From contig CBDHEC010000022.1 in the NCBI GenBank assembly GCA_965261975.1, positions 32,801-96,800 on the forward strand: DNA of 64,000 bases. Reading direction: 5' to 3'. The notes beneath the pieces are model-generated. The model was not told the origin of the DNA, did no database searches, and saw nothing but the letters and a program-made list of their open reading frames with translations. The position numbers and the translations under genes are program-made. This document shows, piece by piece, positions 19,745-30,459 of this stretch; the stretch's first letter is position 1, and each line of letters begins with the position of its first letter. Source of the DNA: Alphaproteobacteria bacterium (GTDB lineage Bacteria; Pseudomonadota; Alphaproteobacteria; UBA6615).

Positions 19745-22132
19745 ATGCCGCGCCGCAAAGCCGACCCGAAGACCATCCTCTCGAATGTCGATATCCCGAC
19801 CCTCGAAGCGCTTGAACGAAAAATCCTGTGGTTGTCATCCTGGATGATCCACAACGCCAACCACCTGCGGGAGAACCGGGACGGGCTGAAGGTCGGCGGC
19901 CATCAGTCATCCTGTGCGTCGGCCGCCACGTTGCTGACGGCGCTATACCTCCACAGCCTCCGTCCGGAAGATCGCGTCGCGGTGAAACCCCACGCATCGC
20001 CGGTATTTCATGCCATTCAATATCTCCTGGGCCGGCAGGAGCTGAGCAAGCTCGAGGACTTCCGCGCACTGGGCGGCGCACAGTCCTACCCGTCGCGCAC
20101 CAAGGACAGCGATGACGTGGACTTCTCGACCGGTTCGGTCGGGCTCGGGGTCGGTGCCACCCTGTTCGGCGCCATGGTGCGTGACTATGTGCACCATCAC
20201 GGAATGGCCGAGGGACGGCCAAACGGCCGGTTGGTCGCGTTGATGGGCGATGCCGAGCTGGACGAAGGCAACGTTTTCGAAGCCCTTCTCGAGGGATGGA
20301 AGCATGATGTGCGAAACCTCTGGTGGGTCATCGACTACAACCGCCAGAGCCTCGACGGGGTGGTGCATGACTACCTGTTTCAGCGCATCAAGGATTTCTT
20401 CGGCACCGTCGGCTGGAATGTGGTGGAGCTCAAATACGGCAAGCTGCAGGAGGCCGCCTTCCAGTTGCCCGGCGGCGACGCGCTGCGCAAGTGGATCGAC
20501 GAATGCCCCAACCAGCTTTACGCCGCGTTGACATTCCAGGGTGCGGAGGCCTGGCGGACCCATCTGAAGACCGACATTGGCGACGTGAAGGGCATCAAGG
20601 CGTTGCTCGACGACCATGACGACGCGGCCCTGCAACGGTTGATGACCAATCTGGGTGGCCATGACATGGCCGCCACCCTCGAAGCCTTCGCGACTGTCGG
20701 CGACGACGACACGCCGCAATGCTTCGTCGCCTATACGATCAAGGGTTTCAACACGCCGTTGGCCGGCCACAAGGACAACCATTCGGGCCTGATGAACCTC
20801 GAGCAGATGGCCGACTTCAAGGCGAGCCACGAGATTCGCGACGGCCATGAATGGGACGTCGCGGAGGGGCTCGACCTTTCAGAAGACGCCATCCGCGCCT
20901 TCCTGTCGGATGTGCCCTTTGCCCAGCGGCCCACACCCGAGCCGGATGCGAAAATTCCCGTCGCGGCGCTGCCCATCCCCGAGGGCGCCCGGATGTCCAC
21001 GCAAGAGGCGTTCGGGAACATCCTCAACGATCTCGGGCGCGGCGACAGCGAACTGGCGCGCCGGATCGTGACCACCACCCCCGACGTGACGGTCACCACC
21101 AACATGGCGGGCTGGGTCAACCAGCGCGGGCTTTTCCACCAGGAAGATACCGCCGATGTGTTTCGCGACGAGAAGGTGCCGTCGGCCTTCAAATGGTCGG
21201 CGAGCCCCGGCGGCCAGCATATCGAGCTGGGCATCGCCGAGAACAACCTGTTCCTGCTGCTCGCGGCACTCGGCCTGTCCGACAAGCTGTTTGGCGCGCG
21301 GCTGCTGCCGGTGGGAGCCTTGTATGACCCGTTCATCGCGCGCGGCCTCGATTCACTGAACTACGCCTGCTACCAGGACGCCCGCTTCATGGTGGTCGCC
21401 ACCCCGTCGGGAATCACGCTGGCACCCGAAGGCGGTGCGCACCAGTCCATCAACTCGCCCCTGATCGGCCTGTCTCAACCCGGCCTCGCATCCTTTGAGC
21501 CCGCCTTTGCCGATGAGCTCGCCCATATCATGCAATGGGGTTTCGAGCATATGCAGGCCGACGACGGTGGCTCGATCTATCTGCGCTTGTCGACACTGAC
21601 GGTCGATCAGCCCGCCCGCGATTTCGCACCGATCGCCGAAGACGTGCTGGCCGGCGCCTACTGGCTGCGGGCGCCCGCCCCCGGCGCGGAACTCGCTATC
21701 GCCTACACCGGCGTCATCGCACCGGAGGCCATTGCCGCCCATGATACATTGCTGGAAGACATTCCCGGTGCCGGCTTGCTGGCGATCACCTCGGCCGACC
21801 GCCTCTATACCGAATGGCAAGCCACGACCCGCGCCCATGCGGACGGCCCCGACGTCGCGCCGTCCCACATCGACAACCTCCTGGCTCGGCTGGCACCGGA
21901 CGCAGGCCTGGTCACCGTGCTCGACGGACATCCCGCGACCCTGGCCTGGCTGGGCGGTGTCGCCAACCATGACGTGGCGGCGCTGGGCGTGGAGAGTTTC
22001 GGTCAGTCGGGCAACCTGCAGGATCTCTACCGGACACATGGCATCGATGCCGACGCAATCCTCGACGGTGCGGCGGCGGTCATCACCAAGCGCATGCGCA
22101 AGCGTGTCGGGCTTGGAGTGGCGGCAGCATAG
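19745..22132 (+). CDS. Homodimeric AceE-like ThDP-dependent 2-oxoacid dehydrogenase E1/transketolase-family protein
   Basis: KVGGHQSS, SYPSR, FSTGSVGLG, GDAELDEG ThDP motif, ELGIAENN and EGGAHQS; divergent from an Lrp gene. Confidence 0.85.
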   Translation: MPRRKADPKTILSNVDIPTLEALERKILWLSSWMIHNANHLRENRDGLKVGGHQSSCASAATLLTALYLHSLRPEDRVAVKPHASPVFHAIQYLLGRQELSKLEDFRALGGAQSYPSRTKDSDDVDFSTGSVGLGVGATLFGAMVRDYVHHHGMAEGRPNGRLVALMGDAELDEGNVFEALLEGWKHDVRNLWWVIDYNRQSLDGVVHDYLFQRIKDFFGTVGWNVVELKYGKLQEAAFQLPGGDALRKWIDECPNQLYAALTFQGAEAWRTHLKTDIGDVKGIKALLDDHDDAALQRLMTNLGGHDMAATLEAFATVGDDDTPQCFVAYTIKGFNTPLAGHKDNHSGLMNLEQMADFKASHEIRDGHEWDVAEGLDLSEDAIRAFLSDVPFAQRPTPEPDAKIPVAALPIPEGARMSTQEAFGNILNDLGRGDSELARRIVTTTPDVTVTTNMAGWVNQRGLFHQEDTADVFRDEKVPSAFKWSASPGGQHIELGIAENNLFLLLAALGLSDKLFGARLLPVGALYDPFIARGLDSLNYACYQDARFMVVATPSGITLAPEGGAHQSINSPLIGLSQPGLASFEPAFADELAHIMQWGFEHMQADDGGSIYLRLSTLTVDQPARDFAPIAEDVLAGAYWLRAPAPGAELAIAYTGVIAPEAIAAHDTLLEDIPGAGLLAITSADRLYTEWQATTRAHADGPDVAPSHIDNLLARLAPDAGLVTVLDGHPATLAWLGGVANHDVAALGVESFGQSGNLQDLYRTHGIDADAILDGAAAVITKRMRKRVGLGVAAA

Positions 22133-22140
22133 AAGCGCGC

Positions 22141-23019
22141 CTAACCGGCGGCCTTGCGTTCCTGGCGGGCGATATAAACCACCGCCGCGACGATCACGGC
22201 CCCGCCGACCCATGTCCAGATGGTCGGCACCTCGGCGAAGATTAAGAAACCGAGGGTCGAGGTGACGATCAGGCGGGAATAGTCATAGGACAGCACCGCC
22301 GACGCCTCCGCCGCGGTGAAGGCCCGCACCAGGCAGATATGCGCGCCCAGCCCAGCCGCGCCCAGCATGGCCATCCAGAACAAAGCCATCGGCGTCGGCC
22401 ACGCCCAGGCAAACAGCGCCGGCACCAGGGTGAACGGCACGGAGCCTATCGCCAACCAGGCGACGGTCGTGGTCGGCGCGTCGTCCTTCGACAGGAAACG
22501 GATCATCAGATTGGAACCGGCGATAAAAAGCGCCGAGATCAGCGGCAGCGCGAACAACGGATCGACCTGGGAGACACCCGGGCGCAGCACGATCCAGACC
22601 CCGACGAAACCCACCAGGGTCGCGATCCAGCGCCGGGCCCGCACCGCCTCGCCGAGGAAAAGCGCCGCCCCCATCATCCCGAACAGGGGGGCCGCGAATG
22701 TCAGCGCCGAGACCTCGGCCAGGGGGAGATTCGCCTGGGCCGTCACCAGCAGGATGAGGCCGATCATCGAGAAGGCGACCCGCAGCATCTGGCCGCCGGG
22801 ATGTGCCGAGCGCAACGCCGTGCGCCGGTTGGCGACGATCCAGGGCAGGATCAGCAGCAACAGCACCAGCGAGCGCCAGAAGGAGATGACCAGCGGGTCC
22901 GCCCCCTCCTCCACGGCGAAGCGGACCCATACCCCATGGGTACCGAAGAACAGCGAGGCGCCGAGCATCCAGATCGCGCCGCGCGCCGTGCCGGGCAGCC
23001 TGGTGAAGGCGTCAGACAA
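22141..23019 (-). CDS. EamA/DMT family transporter
   Basis: Ten TM segments; FLGEAVRARRW and LRPG. Confidence 0.85.
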   Translation of the reverse strand: MSDAFTRLPGTARGAIWMLGASLFFGTHGVWVRFAVEEGADPLVISFWRSLVLLLLILPWIVANRRTALRSAHPGGQMLRVAFSMIGLILLVTAQANLPLAEVSALTFAAPLFGMMGAALFLGEAVRARRWIATLVGFVGVWIVLRPGVSQVDPLFALPLISALFIAGSNLMIRFLSKDDAPTTTVAWLAIGSVPFTLVPALFAWAWPTPMALFWMAMLGAAGLGAHICLVRAFTAAEASAVLSYDYSRLIVTSTLGFLIFAEVPTIWTWVGGAVIVAAVVYIARQERKAAG

Positions 23020-23980
23020 CCCGGTTGGGGACCGGCTCGCCCGCGAGAAGGAGATCGAGCCCGTCGAGCAGCATGTGGCCCATGGCTGCGCGGGAGCGCT
23101 CGGCCCCGCTGCCGATATGGGGCGTCATGAATACGTTGGGCAGTTCGAGATAGGCCGGATGAATGTCGTTGGGCTCGCCATTGAAGACATCCAGCCCCGC
23201 CGCCGCGACCTTGCCAGACCGCAGGGCATCGACCAACGCGTCATCGTCGATCAACTCGCCGCGCGCGATGTTCACGATGACCGCCTCGTCGGGCAGGAGC
23301 GCGATTCGCTCGGCGTTGAGGAAACCTTTTGTCTCCGGGGTCGAGGGGGCGCAGATCATCAGAAACGGGCTCATCGGCAGAAGCCCCTCGATGCTGGTGT
23401 AATAGCTCGCGCTTTTCTCCTGATCGAAGGAAAGCCGGGTGCGGTTGTGATAGCGGATCGTCATGTCGAAGGCCCGGGCCCGGTCCGCCACGGTCTGGCC
23501 GATCCGGCCCATCCCGAAGATGCCCAGCGCCGACCCGGTGATCTCCTTGCCGATCATCTGGCGCGGCGACCAGCTGGTCCATTCGCCGGCCCGCATCATC
23601 GCCGCCCCTTCCGCCGCCCGCCGGGCCGCCCCCAGCAAGAGCAGCATGCCGATCTCGGCGGTCGGGTTGGTAACAGCATCGGGTGTGTTCAACACGGCGA
23701 TCCCGCGTGCCTTCGCCGCCGCGGTATCGATATGGTCGAGGCCAACGGACAGGGTGAGAATGGCCCGCACGCTGTCGGGCAACCGATCGATCGTCGCCGC
23801 ATCCATCGGTTCGGTGACACAGATCAGCAACGCGTCCATGCCGTCGGCACCGGCCACCAACTCGTCGGCCGACATGATGTGATCATCGGTATTGATTACC
23901 GCGTCGTAATCCGCCGCGAGCCTGTCTTCGGTCGCGGCGAGGTGACGCCGGGTGACCAGAATCTTCGGTTCTTCGCTCAT
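23012..23980 (-). CDS. D-isomer-specific 2-hydroxyacid dehydrogenase (glyoxylate/hydroxypyruvate reductase-like)
   Basis: SVGLDHID, GIFGMGRIG, NIARG, GLDVF and TPHIGS. Confidence 0.9.
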   Translation of the reverse strand: MSEEPKILVTRRHLAATEDRLAADYDAVINTDDHIMSADELVAGADGMDALLICVTEPMDAATIDRLPDSVRAILTLSVGLDHIDTAAAKARGIAVLNTPDAVTNPTAEIGMLLLLGAARRAAEGAAMMRAGEWTSWSPRQMIGKEITGSALGIFGMGRIGQTVADRARAFDMTIRYHNRTRLSFDQEKSASYYTSIEGLLPMSPFLMICAPSTPETKGFLNAERIALLPDEAVIVNIARGELIDDDALVDALRSGKVAAAGLDVFNGEPNDIHPAYLELPNVFMTPHIGSGAERSRAAMGHMLLDGLDLLLAGEPVPNRVV

Positions 23981-24088
23981 TCGCACCGGCCCTGCTGCCA
24001 ACACCAGCCTCGCTGTTAGCATTTTCGGTGATGTCCGCACCAGTCCACGCCGGTAGAGTGGGGATACTGGTTATCAAGGAGAGAGCGC

Positions 24089-24844
24089 ATGCGCCTCGAG
24101 GGAAAGACAGCGATCGTGACAGGTTCCGGCTCGGGCTTCGGCGAGGGTATCGCACAGACCCTGGCCCGCGAGGGCGCAGCCGTCATCGTCAATGACGTGA
24201 ACAAGGACGGCGGCGCGCGGGTGGCCGGCGAAATCGGTGACGCGGGCGGGCGGGCGATGTTCGTCGGCGCCGACGTCACCCGCGCGGACGACGTGCAAGC
24301 GATGGTCGATCAGGCGGTCGAGGCCTTCGGCGGCCTGGATGTCCTGGTGAACAATGCCGGCGTGTCCCATCACCGGAAGCCCATGCTCGACGTCACCGAG
24401 GACGAGCTGGACCGTATCCTCGCGGTCAACGTGAAGGGCCTGTTTCACACGGCCAACGCAGCGATCCCGGCGATGAAATCCGGTGGCGGCGGCGCGATCG
24501 TCAACATCGCCTCGACCGGCGCGGTGCGCCCGCGCCCGGGCCTGACCTGGTACAACGCCACCAAAGGGGCGGTGACGACGCTTACCAAGTCGATGGCCGT
24601 CGAACTGGCCGACGACAAAATCCGGGTGAACGCGGTCAATCCGGTCGCGGGCGACACCCCGCTGCTGGCGACCTTCCTGGGCGAGGACACGCCGGAGAAC
24701 CGCGAGGCATTCCGCCAGACGGTGCCGCTGGGGCGGCTGTCGACGCCGGAAGACGTGGCAAACGCCGTGCTGTTCCTGGCGTCCGACGAGGCCGAACTGG
24801 TGACCGGTGTCTGTCTCGAAGTCGACGGCGGGCGCTGTATCTAG
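24089..24844 (+). CDS. SDR family oxidoreductase
   Basis: TGSGSGFG, NNAG and YNATK catalytic motif. Confidence 0.92.
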   Translation: MRLEGKTAIVTGSGSGFGEGIAQTLAREGAAVIVNDVNKDGGARVAGEIGDAGGRAMFVGADVTRADDVQAMVDQAVEAFGGLDVLVNNAGVSHHRKPMLDVTEDELDRILAVNVKGLFHTANAAIPAMKSGGGGAIVNIASTGAVRPRPGLTWYNATKGAVTTLTKSMAVELADDKIRVNAVNPVAGDTPLLATFLGEDTPENREAFRQTVPLGRLSTPEDVANAVLFLASDEAELVTGVCLEVDGGRCI

Positions 24845-25368
24845 CGCGCGCCCTGGTCGAGCATCTGGCGCAGCGTGTCGCGGACCCGGCGGTGCATCGC
24901 CTCGAAGGGTTGCTTGTCGACGCGCAGCCGGGAACCGCAGCGCGGGCGTTCCCTGGCGATTTCCGCGACCACCTTCTGGGACATGGTGAACATCAGGTAG
25001 CGGTCGCGCGGCAAAATTTGGGTCTGGGAACCGGCGTCATCGCCCTCGACGTCCAGCCGGATCACGCTCGCACGGAAATGCTCGAACCCGGGATGGGGGC
25101 TCTCCTCGATATCGGAGTAGGTGGCGCGGATGTCCGCCGCGGTGCTGTCGCGGATCCTGACCAGAAAGGCCTGCGCCGGCCCCGGGTCGTCACCCGACCG
25201 CCGGATCATCACCTCGCGATGCTCCGGCGCCTTGCCGATCACCTCGATACATTCCACCGCCCCCAGATCGACGGTATAGACGTTCCGCGGCCCGCTCTGG
25301 GCATGGGCCACACCGACCAGCGCGACCAGCAATGCCGGCAGACCGGCCAGGATATACCGCGACCTCAT
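24841..25368 (-). CDS. Hypothetical exported protein
   Basis: Signal-peptide-like MRSRYILAGLPALLVALVGVAHA; start just downstream of the deacetylase stop. Confidence 0.6.
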   Translation of the reverse strand: MRSRYILAGLPALLVALVGVAHAQSGPRNVYTVDLGAVECIEVIGKAPEHREVMIRRSGDDPGPAQAFLVRIRDSTAADIRATYSDIEESPHPGFEHFRASVIRLDVEGDDAGSQTQILPRDRYLMFTMSQKVVAEIARERPRCGSRLRVDKQPFEAMHRRVRDTLRQMLDQGAR

Positions 25369-25373
25369 GATGC

Positions 25374-26210
25374 CTAGCCCGCGTGCACCAGGCCGGCGAG
25401 TTCCTGATGGGTGGTCATCCAGACCCAGTCCACATCCTTCACCGCCATGATTGCCTCGCGGAACTCGATCGCGCCATAGGGACGGCCGAACACATGGGCA
25501 TGCGCCGTGATGTCGATCACCGCCGGCGGGCGGCCGATCGTGTCGTACTTGTCGACGATGCGCTTGAGCACGTCGGAATAGGCCTGGGGCGGGTTGCCGT
25601 AGCGCATGTAGAGCGGCAGGTCGTTGATCTCCATGGTGAAGGGGATCGCCGCCAGCGGCCCCGCGGCGGTGTCGAGCCGGTAGGGCAGATCGGTGTTGAA
25701 ATAGTCGATGTGCCACTCGAAACCATTCTCGACCAGCAGCTCGGCGGTGTTGGGGCTGGGCGTGCCGCGCGGGCTCGCGAAGCCTTTGGGCGCCTTGCCG
25801 ACCACGTCGGCGAATAGCGCCGCCCCCTTCTTGAGTTCTGCTTCCTCGTCCGCGCGCTCCTGATAGACCGGTAGATTGTTCTGCATCCAGGCATGGGCGC
25901 CGATGAAGTGGCCGTCGCCATCGATCCGGCGCAGCAGCTCGGGCCATTTCTCCGCAATAATGCCGCTGGCATAGGTGCCGCAAGGCACGCCCAGCTCGCC
26001 GACGATATCGAGCAGCCGCGGTGCGCCGTGGGTCATCCCGTACTCGGCCCAGGAGCGGGACTGGGTGTCGAGATGACCGGCCTTGAGGGGATTGCCCATG
26101 GGGCCGATGCCCGGCGAGGCATCATCGGTCCATGCCTCGCACATGATGTTCACGGACACGGCGAGCGCCTTGCCCGCGGGCCAGCCTTGCGGCAGTTCTG
26201 GTTTCGACAT
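25374..26210 (-). CDS. Polysaccharide deacetylase family (PuuE-like) hydrolase
   Basis: WPAGKALAVSVNIMCE, WAEYG, GAHAW and HAHVFGRP. Confidence 0.82.
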   Translation of the reverse strand: MSKPELPQGWPAGKALAVSVNIMCEAWTDDASPGIGPMGNPLKAGHLDTQSRSWAEYGMTHGAPRLLDIVGELGVPCGTYASGIIAEKWPELLRRIDGDGHFIGAHAWMQNNLPVYQERADEEAELKKGAALFADVVGKAPKGFASPRGTPSPNTAELLVENGFEWHIDYFNTDLPYRLDTAAGPLAAIPFTMEINDLPLYMRYGNPPQAYSDVLKRIVDKYDTIGRPPAVIDITAHAHVFGRPYGAIEFREAIMAVKDVDWVWMTTHQELAGLVHAG

Positions 26211-26367
26211 GGGATCTCCCCGATCAGCGTTTTCTTATGCGTGTTTTCAACAGGTGGCCCGTGTTGCGGTGGGCGCGCCGTCGGGTGATGATACCGCAGG
26301 CGACGACACAGCCAAACCCGCTGCAACTGACGGCGGGACGCATAAATTGCCGACAGGGACCGACGCT

Positions 26368-27390
26368 ATGCTCAAGACCACGATTACCGGAAGCCTGCCC
26401 AAGCCGTCATGGCTTGCACAGCCGGAGAAACTCTGGGCACCGTGGGCCGCCGAGGACCCGGCGCAACTCCAGGAAGCCAAGCATGATGCCGTCCGCCTCG
26501 CGATCCTCGACCAGGAACAGGCGGGCATCGACATCGTCACCGACGGCGAGCAGTCGCGCCAGCATTTCGTCCACGGTATCCTGGAGAAGATCGAGGGCAT
26601 CGACTTCGACAAGAAAACCCGCATCGGCATCCGCGACGACCGCTATGACGCGGACTGCCCGACGGTCGTGTCCGCGCTGAAGCGCAGCGGTTCGATTCAT
26701 GGCGAGGAAGTGAAATTTGCCCGGGCGCAGACCGACCGTGATCTGAAATTCACCATGCCCGGACCGATGACGATCGTCGACACGCTCGCCGACGAGCATT
26801 ACGGCGACCGCCCGAAGATGGCGATGGCCTTCGCGGAGATCCTGAACGAGGAGGCCAAGGAACTCGTCGCCGCCGGGGTGGACGCGCTGCAGTTCGACGA
26901 GCCGGCCTTCAACGTCTATCTCGATGCGGTGCCGACCTGGGGCGTGGAAGCGCTCAACCGCGCCGTCGAAGGCCTCGACTGCACCACCGCGGTGCACATC
27001 TGCTACGGCTACGGCATCGAGGCAAACCTCCAGTGGAAGGCGACACTCGGCGACGTATGGGATCAGTATGCAGCGATCCTGCCCGCACTCGCCGGCAGCG
27101 ATATCGACCAGGTCTCGCTCGAATTCGCGGGTTCGCGGGTGCCGATGGAGGTGATCAAGCTGCTCGACGGCAAGAAGGATGTGCTCGTCGGCGCGATCGA
27201 TGTCACCACCCTGACTGCCGAGGCCCCCGAAGAGGTGGCCGCCGTGATCCGCAACGCGATGGAATACACCTCGCCCGAGCGGATTTTCCCCTGCACCAAT
27301 TGCGGCATGGTCCCCCTGCCCCGCGAGGTGTCCCAGGGCAAGCTCAGGGCGCTCGGCGCCGGCGCCGCTCTGGTCCGCGCGGAACTCTAG
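26368..27390 (+). CDS. Core (single-domain) cobalamin-independent methionine synthase, MesD-like
   Basis: GSLPKPSWLA, DGEQSRQHFV, QFDEPAF, Zn ligands HICYGY and PCTNCGM; no MetE N-terminal domain. Confidence 0.85.
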   Translation: MLKTTITGSLPKPSWLAQPEKLWAPWAAEDPAQLQEAKHDAVRLAILDQEQAGIDIVTDGEQSRQHFVHGILEKIEGIDFDKKTRIGIRDDRYDADCPTVVSALKRSGSIHGEEVKFARAQTDRDLKFTMPGPMTIVDTLADEHYGDRPKMAMAFAEILNEEAKELVAAGVDALQFDEPAFNVYLDAVPTWGVEALNRAVEGLDCTTAVHICYGYGIEANLQWKATLGDVWDQYAAILPALAGSDIDQVSLEFAGSRVPMEVIKLLDGKKDVLVGAIDVTTLTAEAPEEVAAVIRNAMEYTSPERIFPCTNCGMVPLPREVSQGKLRALGAGAALVRAEL

Positions 27391-27394
27391 TCGG

Positions 27395-28285
27395 GTGGCG
27401 CATCTCGACATCAACGGCGTGCGCCTCTGGGTCGAAGTCGAAGGCCCCGACGACGGCCCGCCGCTCGTCTTCGTGCATGAGTTCGGCGGCGACCACCGGT
27501 CGTGGCGCGGCCAGGTGGATCACTTCAAGGACAGGTTCCGCTGCATCACCTACAGCGCACGCGGCTACCCGCCCTCCGACGTGCCCGACGACGAGGAAGC
27601 CTACGGCCAGGACATCGCGACGGCCGACCTGCTGGGTATTCTGGACGCTTTCGAAATCGAGCGGGCCCACCTCGTCGGCCTCAGCATGGGCGCCTATACC
27701 TGCCTGCGCTTTGTCATGGCACATCCCGACCGGACCGCGAGTGCGGTGGCGGCCAGCGGCGGCTCGGGTTCCTATCCCGACAGTTGCGCGGAGTTCCTGC
27801 GCGAGACCCTGGCCCTGGCCGACCACATCCTGGCGCGAAACTCTCTCGACCTGGCCGGCTTCGCCACCAGCGCAACCCGTATCCAGCTCAAGCTGAAGAA
27901 CCCTGATGGGTGGCGGGAGTTCGCCGATCATTTCACCGAGCATTCGCCCATGGGCTCGGCCTACACGCTCCGGCGTGTCCAGGCCGGCCGGCCCTCGCTC
28001 TATGATTTCGAGGACGCGCTCGGCAAGGTCACGACACCGGTGCTACTGATGATCGGCGACGAAGACGAGCCATGCATCGACACGAATATCTTCCTCAAAC
28101 GCGCCATGCCGTCCGCCGGGCTCGTGGTGTTTCCCAAGAGCGGCCACCTGATCAATCTTGAGGATGCGACAGCGTTCAACGCTGCCATCGATGCCTTTCA
28201 CCGGGACATTGCAAACGAGCGCTGGCCCCGGCGAAACGCCACGACAACGGGTACCAGCGCCTACCTGTCACAAGAGGATTCATGA
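27395..28285 (+). CDS. Alpha/beta fold hydrolase
   Basis: FVHEFGGD, nucleophile elbow GLSMG and SGHLINLE. Confidence 0.88.
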   Translation: MAHLDINGVRLWVEVEGPDDGPPLVFVHEFGGDHRSWRGQVDHFKDRFRCITYSARGYPPSDVPDDEEAYGQDIATADLLGILDAFEIERAHLVGLSMGAYTCLRFVMAHPDRTASAVAASGGSGSYPDSCAEFLRETLALADHILARNSLDLAGFATSATRIQLKLKNPDGWREFADHFTEHSPMGSAYTLRRVQAGRPSLYDFEDALGKVTTPVLLMIGDEDEPCIDTNIFLKRAMPSAGLVVFPKSGHLINLEDATAFNAAIDAFHRDIANERWPRRNATTTGTSAYLSQEDS

Positions 28286-29334
28286 GTAACGACGACCATA
28301 TTGTTTCCGCCGACGCCCTGAAGTCCTTCATCAAGGACATCTTCCACGCCTCCGACATGGCCGCCGACCATGCCGAGACCTGGGCCGATATCCTGGTCTG
28401 GGCGAACGCCCGCGGCATGGATTCCCATGGCGTCCTGCGGGTGCCGCGCTACATCGAGTACATGAAGAACGGCAACATCCACGCCCGCCCCGACATCAAG
28501 GTGGAGAAACGCGCCGGCGCCATCGCCATCCTGGATTCCGACTGGGCCCCCGGCCCCGTCGCCATGACCCGGGCCATGGACGAGGCCATCGGCCGGGCGC
28601 GGGAGTGCCATGTGGGCTGGTGCATCGTGCGCAACATCACCCATGGCGGCGCCATCGGCTATTACGCGCTGCAGGCCGCGCGCGCGGGATTCGCGGGAAT
28701 CGTGATCACCGCCTCGCGACCGATGATGGCCTATCACGGCTCCAAGGTGGCGGGCGCCTCGACGAACCCTCTGGCCATCGCCGTTCCCGGCGGCGAACAC
28801 CCGCCGCTGGTCCTCGACATGTCCACGGCGACCGTCTCCATGGGCAAGATTCTCGCCGCCCAGGACAGCGGCACGCCCATTCCCGACGGCTGGGGCATCG
28901 ATGCCGAGGGGCACAACACCAACGACGCCGACGCGGTGAAGACCCTCATGCCCCTGGGCGGCGCCAAGGGCTCGGGCCTGTCGATGATGATCGAGTGCAT
29001 GGTGAGCCTGTTCGCGAACAACCCGCTGGTCGAACCCAACATCCGGCCCGGCGCAAACCCCACCGGCTACCGCCAGAACGGGCTCGCCGCGGCGATCGAT
29101 ATTTCAGCCTTCACCGATCTCGACAGCTACCGCGAGGAGATCGACCTGCTCGCCAAGGGGCTCAAGGCGCTGCCCAAGGCCGACGGCGTCGACGAGATCT
29201 ACGCGCCGGGCGAACGCGGCGACGCGATCCTGGCCGAGCGAACGAAGAACGGCATTCCGCTGCCGCCGGGCACCTGGGACCGCCTGAAGGCCGAGGCCGA
29301 CAAACTCGGCATCGGGATGCCAGAGACGAACTAG
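28282..29334 (+). CDS. Ldh_2 family (malate/L-lactate/ureidoglycolate) oxidoreductase
   Basis: RGMDSHGVLR, HGGAIGYY, TNPLA, VLDMST and GGAKGSGLS. Confidence 0.88.
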   Translation: MSNDDHIVSADALKSFIKDIFHASDMAADHAETWADILVWANARGMDSHGVLRVPRYIEYMKNGNIHARPDIKVEKRAGAIAILDSDWAPGPVAMTRAMDEAIGRARECHVGWCIVRNITHGGAIGYYALQAARAGFAGIVITASRPMMAYHGSKVAGASTNPLAIAVPGGEHPPLVLDMSTATVSMGKILAAQDSGTPIPDGWGIDAEGHNTNDADAVKTLMPLGGAKGSGLSMMIECMVSLFANNPLVEPNIRPGANPTGYRQNGLAAAIDISAFTDLDSYREEIDLLAKGLKALPKADGVDEIYAPGERGDAILAERTKNGIPLPPGTWDRLKAEADKLGIGMPETN

Positions 29335-30425
29335 GCGCCCGCCGGAACCTCGATCCCGAGCAGCTCTGCCGCGTTGGCGCCCATCACCAGCGCCTTGTCG
29401 GCATCGGACAGGTCCTTCACCGAATCCACATGCCCGACCGGGTCGGTCTCGGCCATGTCATAGGGATAGTCGGTGCCCATGATGATGTGGTCGGCACCCC
29501 AGGTCTCGATGAGGTAGCGCAGCTGGTGCTCGGTGAAGACCACCGTGTCGAAGTAGAGCTTCTTCACATATTCCGACGGCGGCTTGGAAATCACCGCCCG
29601 GCAATCATCGCGCAGGTGATAGGGGTGATCGAAGCGCCCGGCATAGGCCGGCACGTATCCGCCGCCATGGGCGATGCAGATCTTCAGGCCCGGATAGGTC
29701 TCCAGATAACCGTCGAACACCAGATGCCCAACCGCCAACGCGGATTCGAGCGGATGCCCGATCGTGTTGCGGAAATAATGGTCGGTCATGCGCTCCTTGA
29801 AGGAGGTGCCGATGGGATGCATGAAGATCACGACCCCCAGTTCCTCGACCCGGGCGAAGAATTTCTCCAGGCCCGCGCGCGTGAGGTCGTTGCCATTCAC
29901 GTTGGTCGAAATCTCGACCCCGCGCATCCCCAGATCGTTGACGCAACGATCGAGCTCGGCGACCGCGATGTCGGCGTCCTGCAGCGGCACGGTGCACATG
30001 CCCACGAAACGGTCGGGGTGCTGGCCGCAGATTTCGGCGATCCGGTCATTGACCACATGGGCCGTGTCCCGCGCGAAGCCCGCCTCGTAGGAATAATTGT
30101 AATGGAACGGTGCGGGCGAGATGGCCTGCACGTCGATGCCCGAGGCATCCATATCGGCGATGCGCACCGCCGGGTCCGTCAGCTTCTCGAGGATGTCCTG
30201 GTGCTGCTTGCGGTTGATCTCGGCCGTGACCTCATTGGTATCCACATAGAGGTTCTTCTGGTCGGCCGCCTCGGCGTTCTTCAGCATCTCGTCGGCTTCC
30301 GGCACATGCACATGGCAATGGATGTCGACGGTGAAGTGTTTCTTGCCGTTGGTGACGGTCTGGCCGTGATCGGCCGCCGGCGCATGGGTGTGCTTGTGGC
30401 CGGGGTTGGAACAGGTAAAGAGCAT
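29331..30425 (-). CDS. Amidohydrolase_2 family protein (ACMSD-like decarboxylase/hydratase)
   Basis: DIHCH, FMHP, AHGGGY, YFDTVV and GTDYPY. Confidence 0.88.
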   Translation of the reverse strand: MLFTCSNPGHKHTHAPAADHGQTVTNGKKHFTVDIHCHVHVPEADEMLKNAEAADQKNLYVDTNEVTAEINRKQHQDILEKLTDPAVRIADMDASGIDVQAISPAPFHYNYSYEAGFARDTAHVVNDRIAEICGQHPDRFVGMCTVPLQDADIAVAELDRCVNDLGMRGVEISTNVNGNDLTRAGLEKFFARVEELGVVIFMHPIGTSFKERMTDHYFRNTIGHPLESALAVGHLVFDGYLETYPGLKICIAHGGGYVPAYAGRFDHPYHLRDDCRAVISKPPSEYVKKLYFDTVVFTEHQLRYLIETWGADHIIMGTDYPYDMAETDPVGHVDSVKDLSDADKALVMGANAAELLGIEVPAGA

Positions 30426-30459
30426 CGTGATTTCCCTTCGGGGATAGACTTGGTTTGAA

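Noticed and set aside
26211-26367. Possible SAM or cobalamin riboswitch upstream of the methionine synthase
   Set aside because: No recognisable consensus elements.
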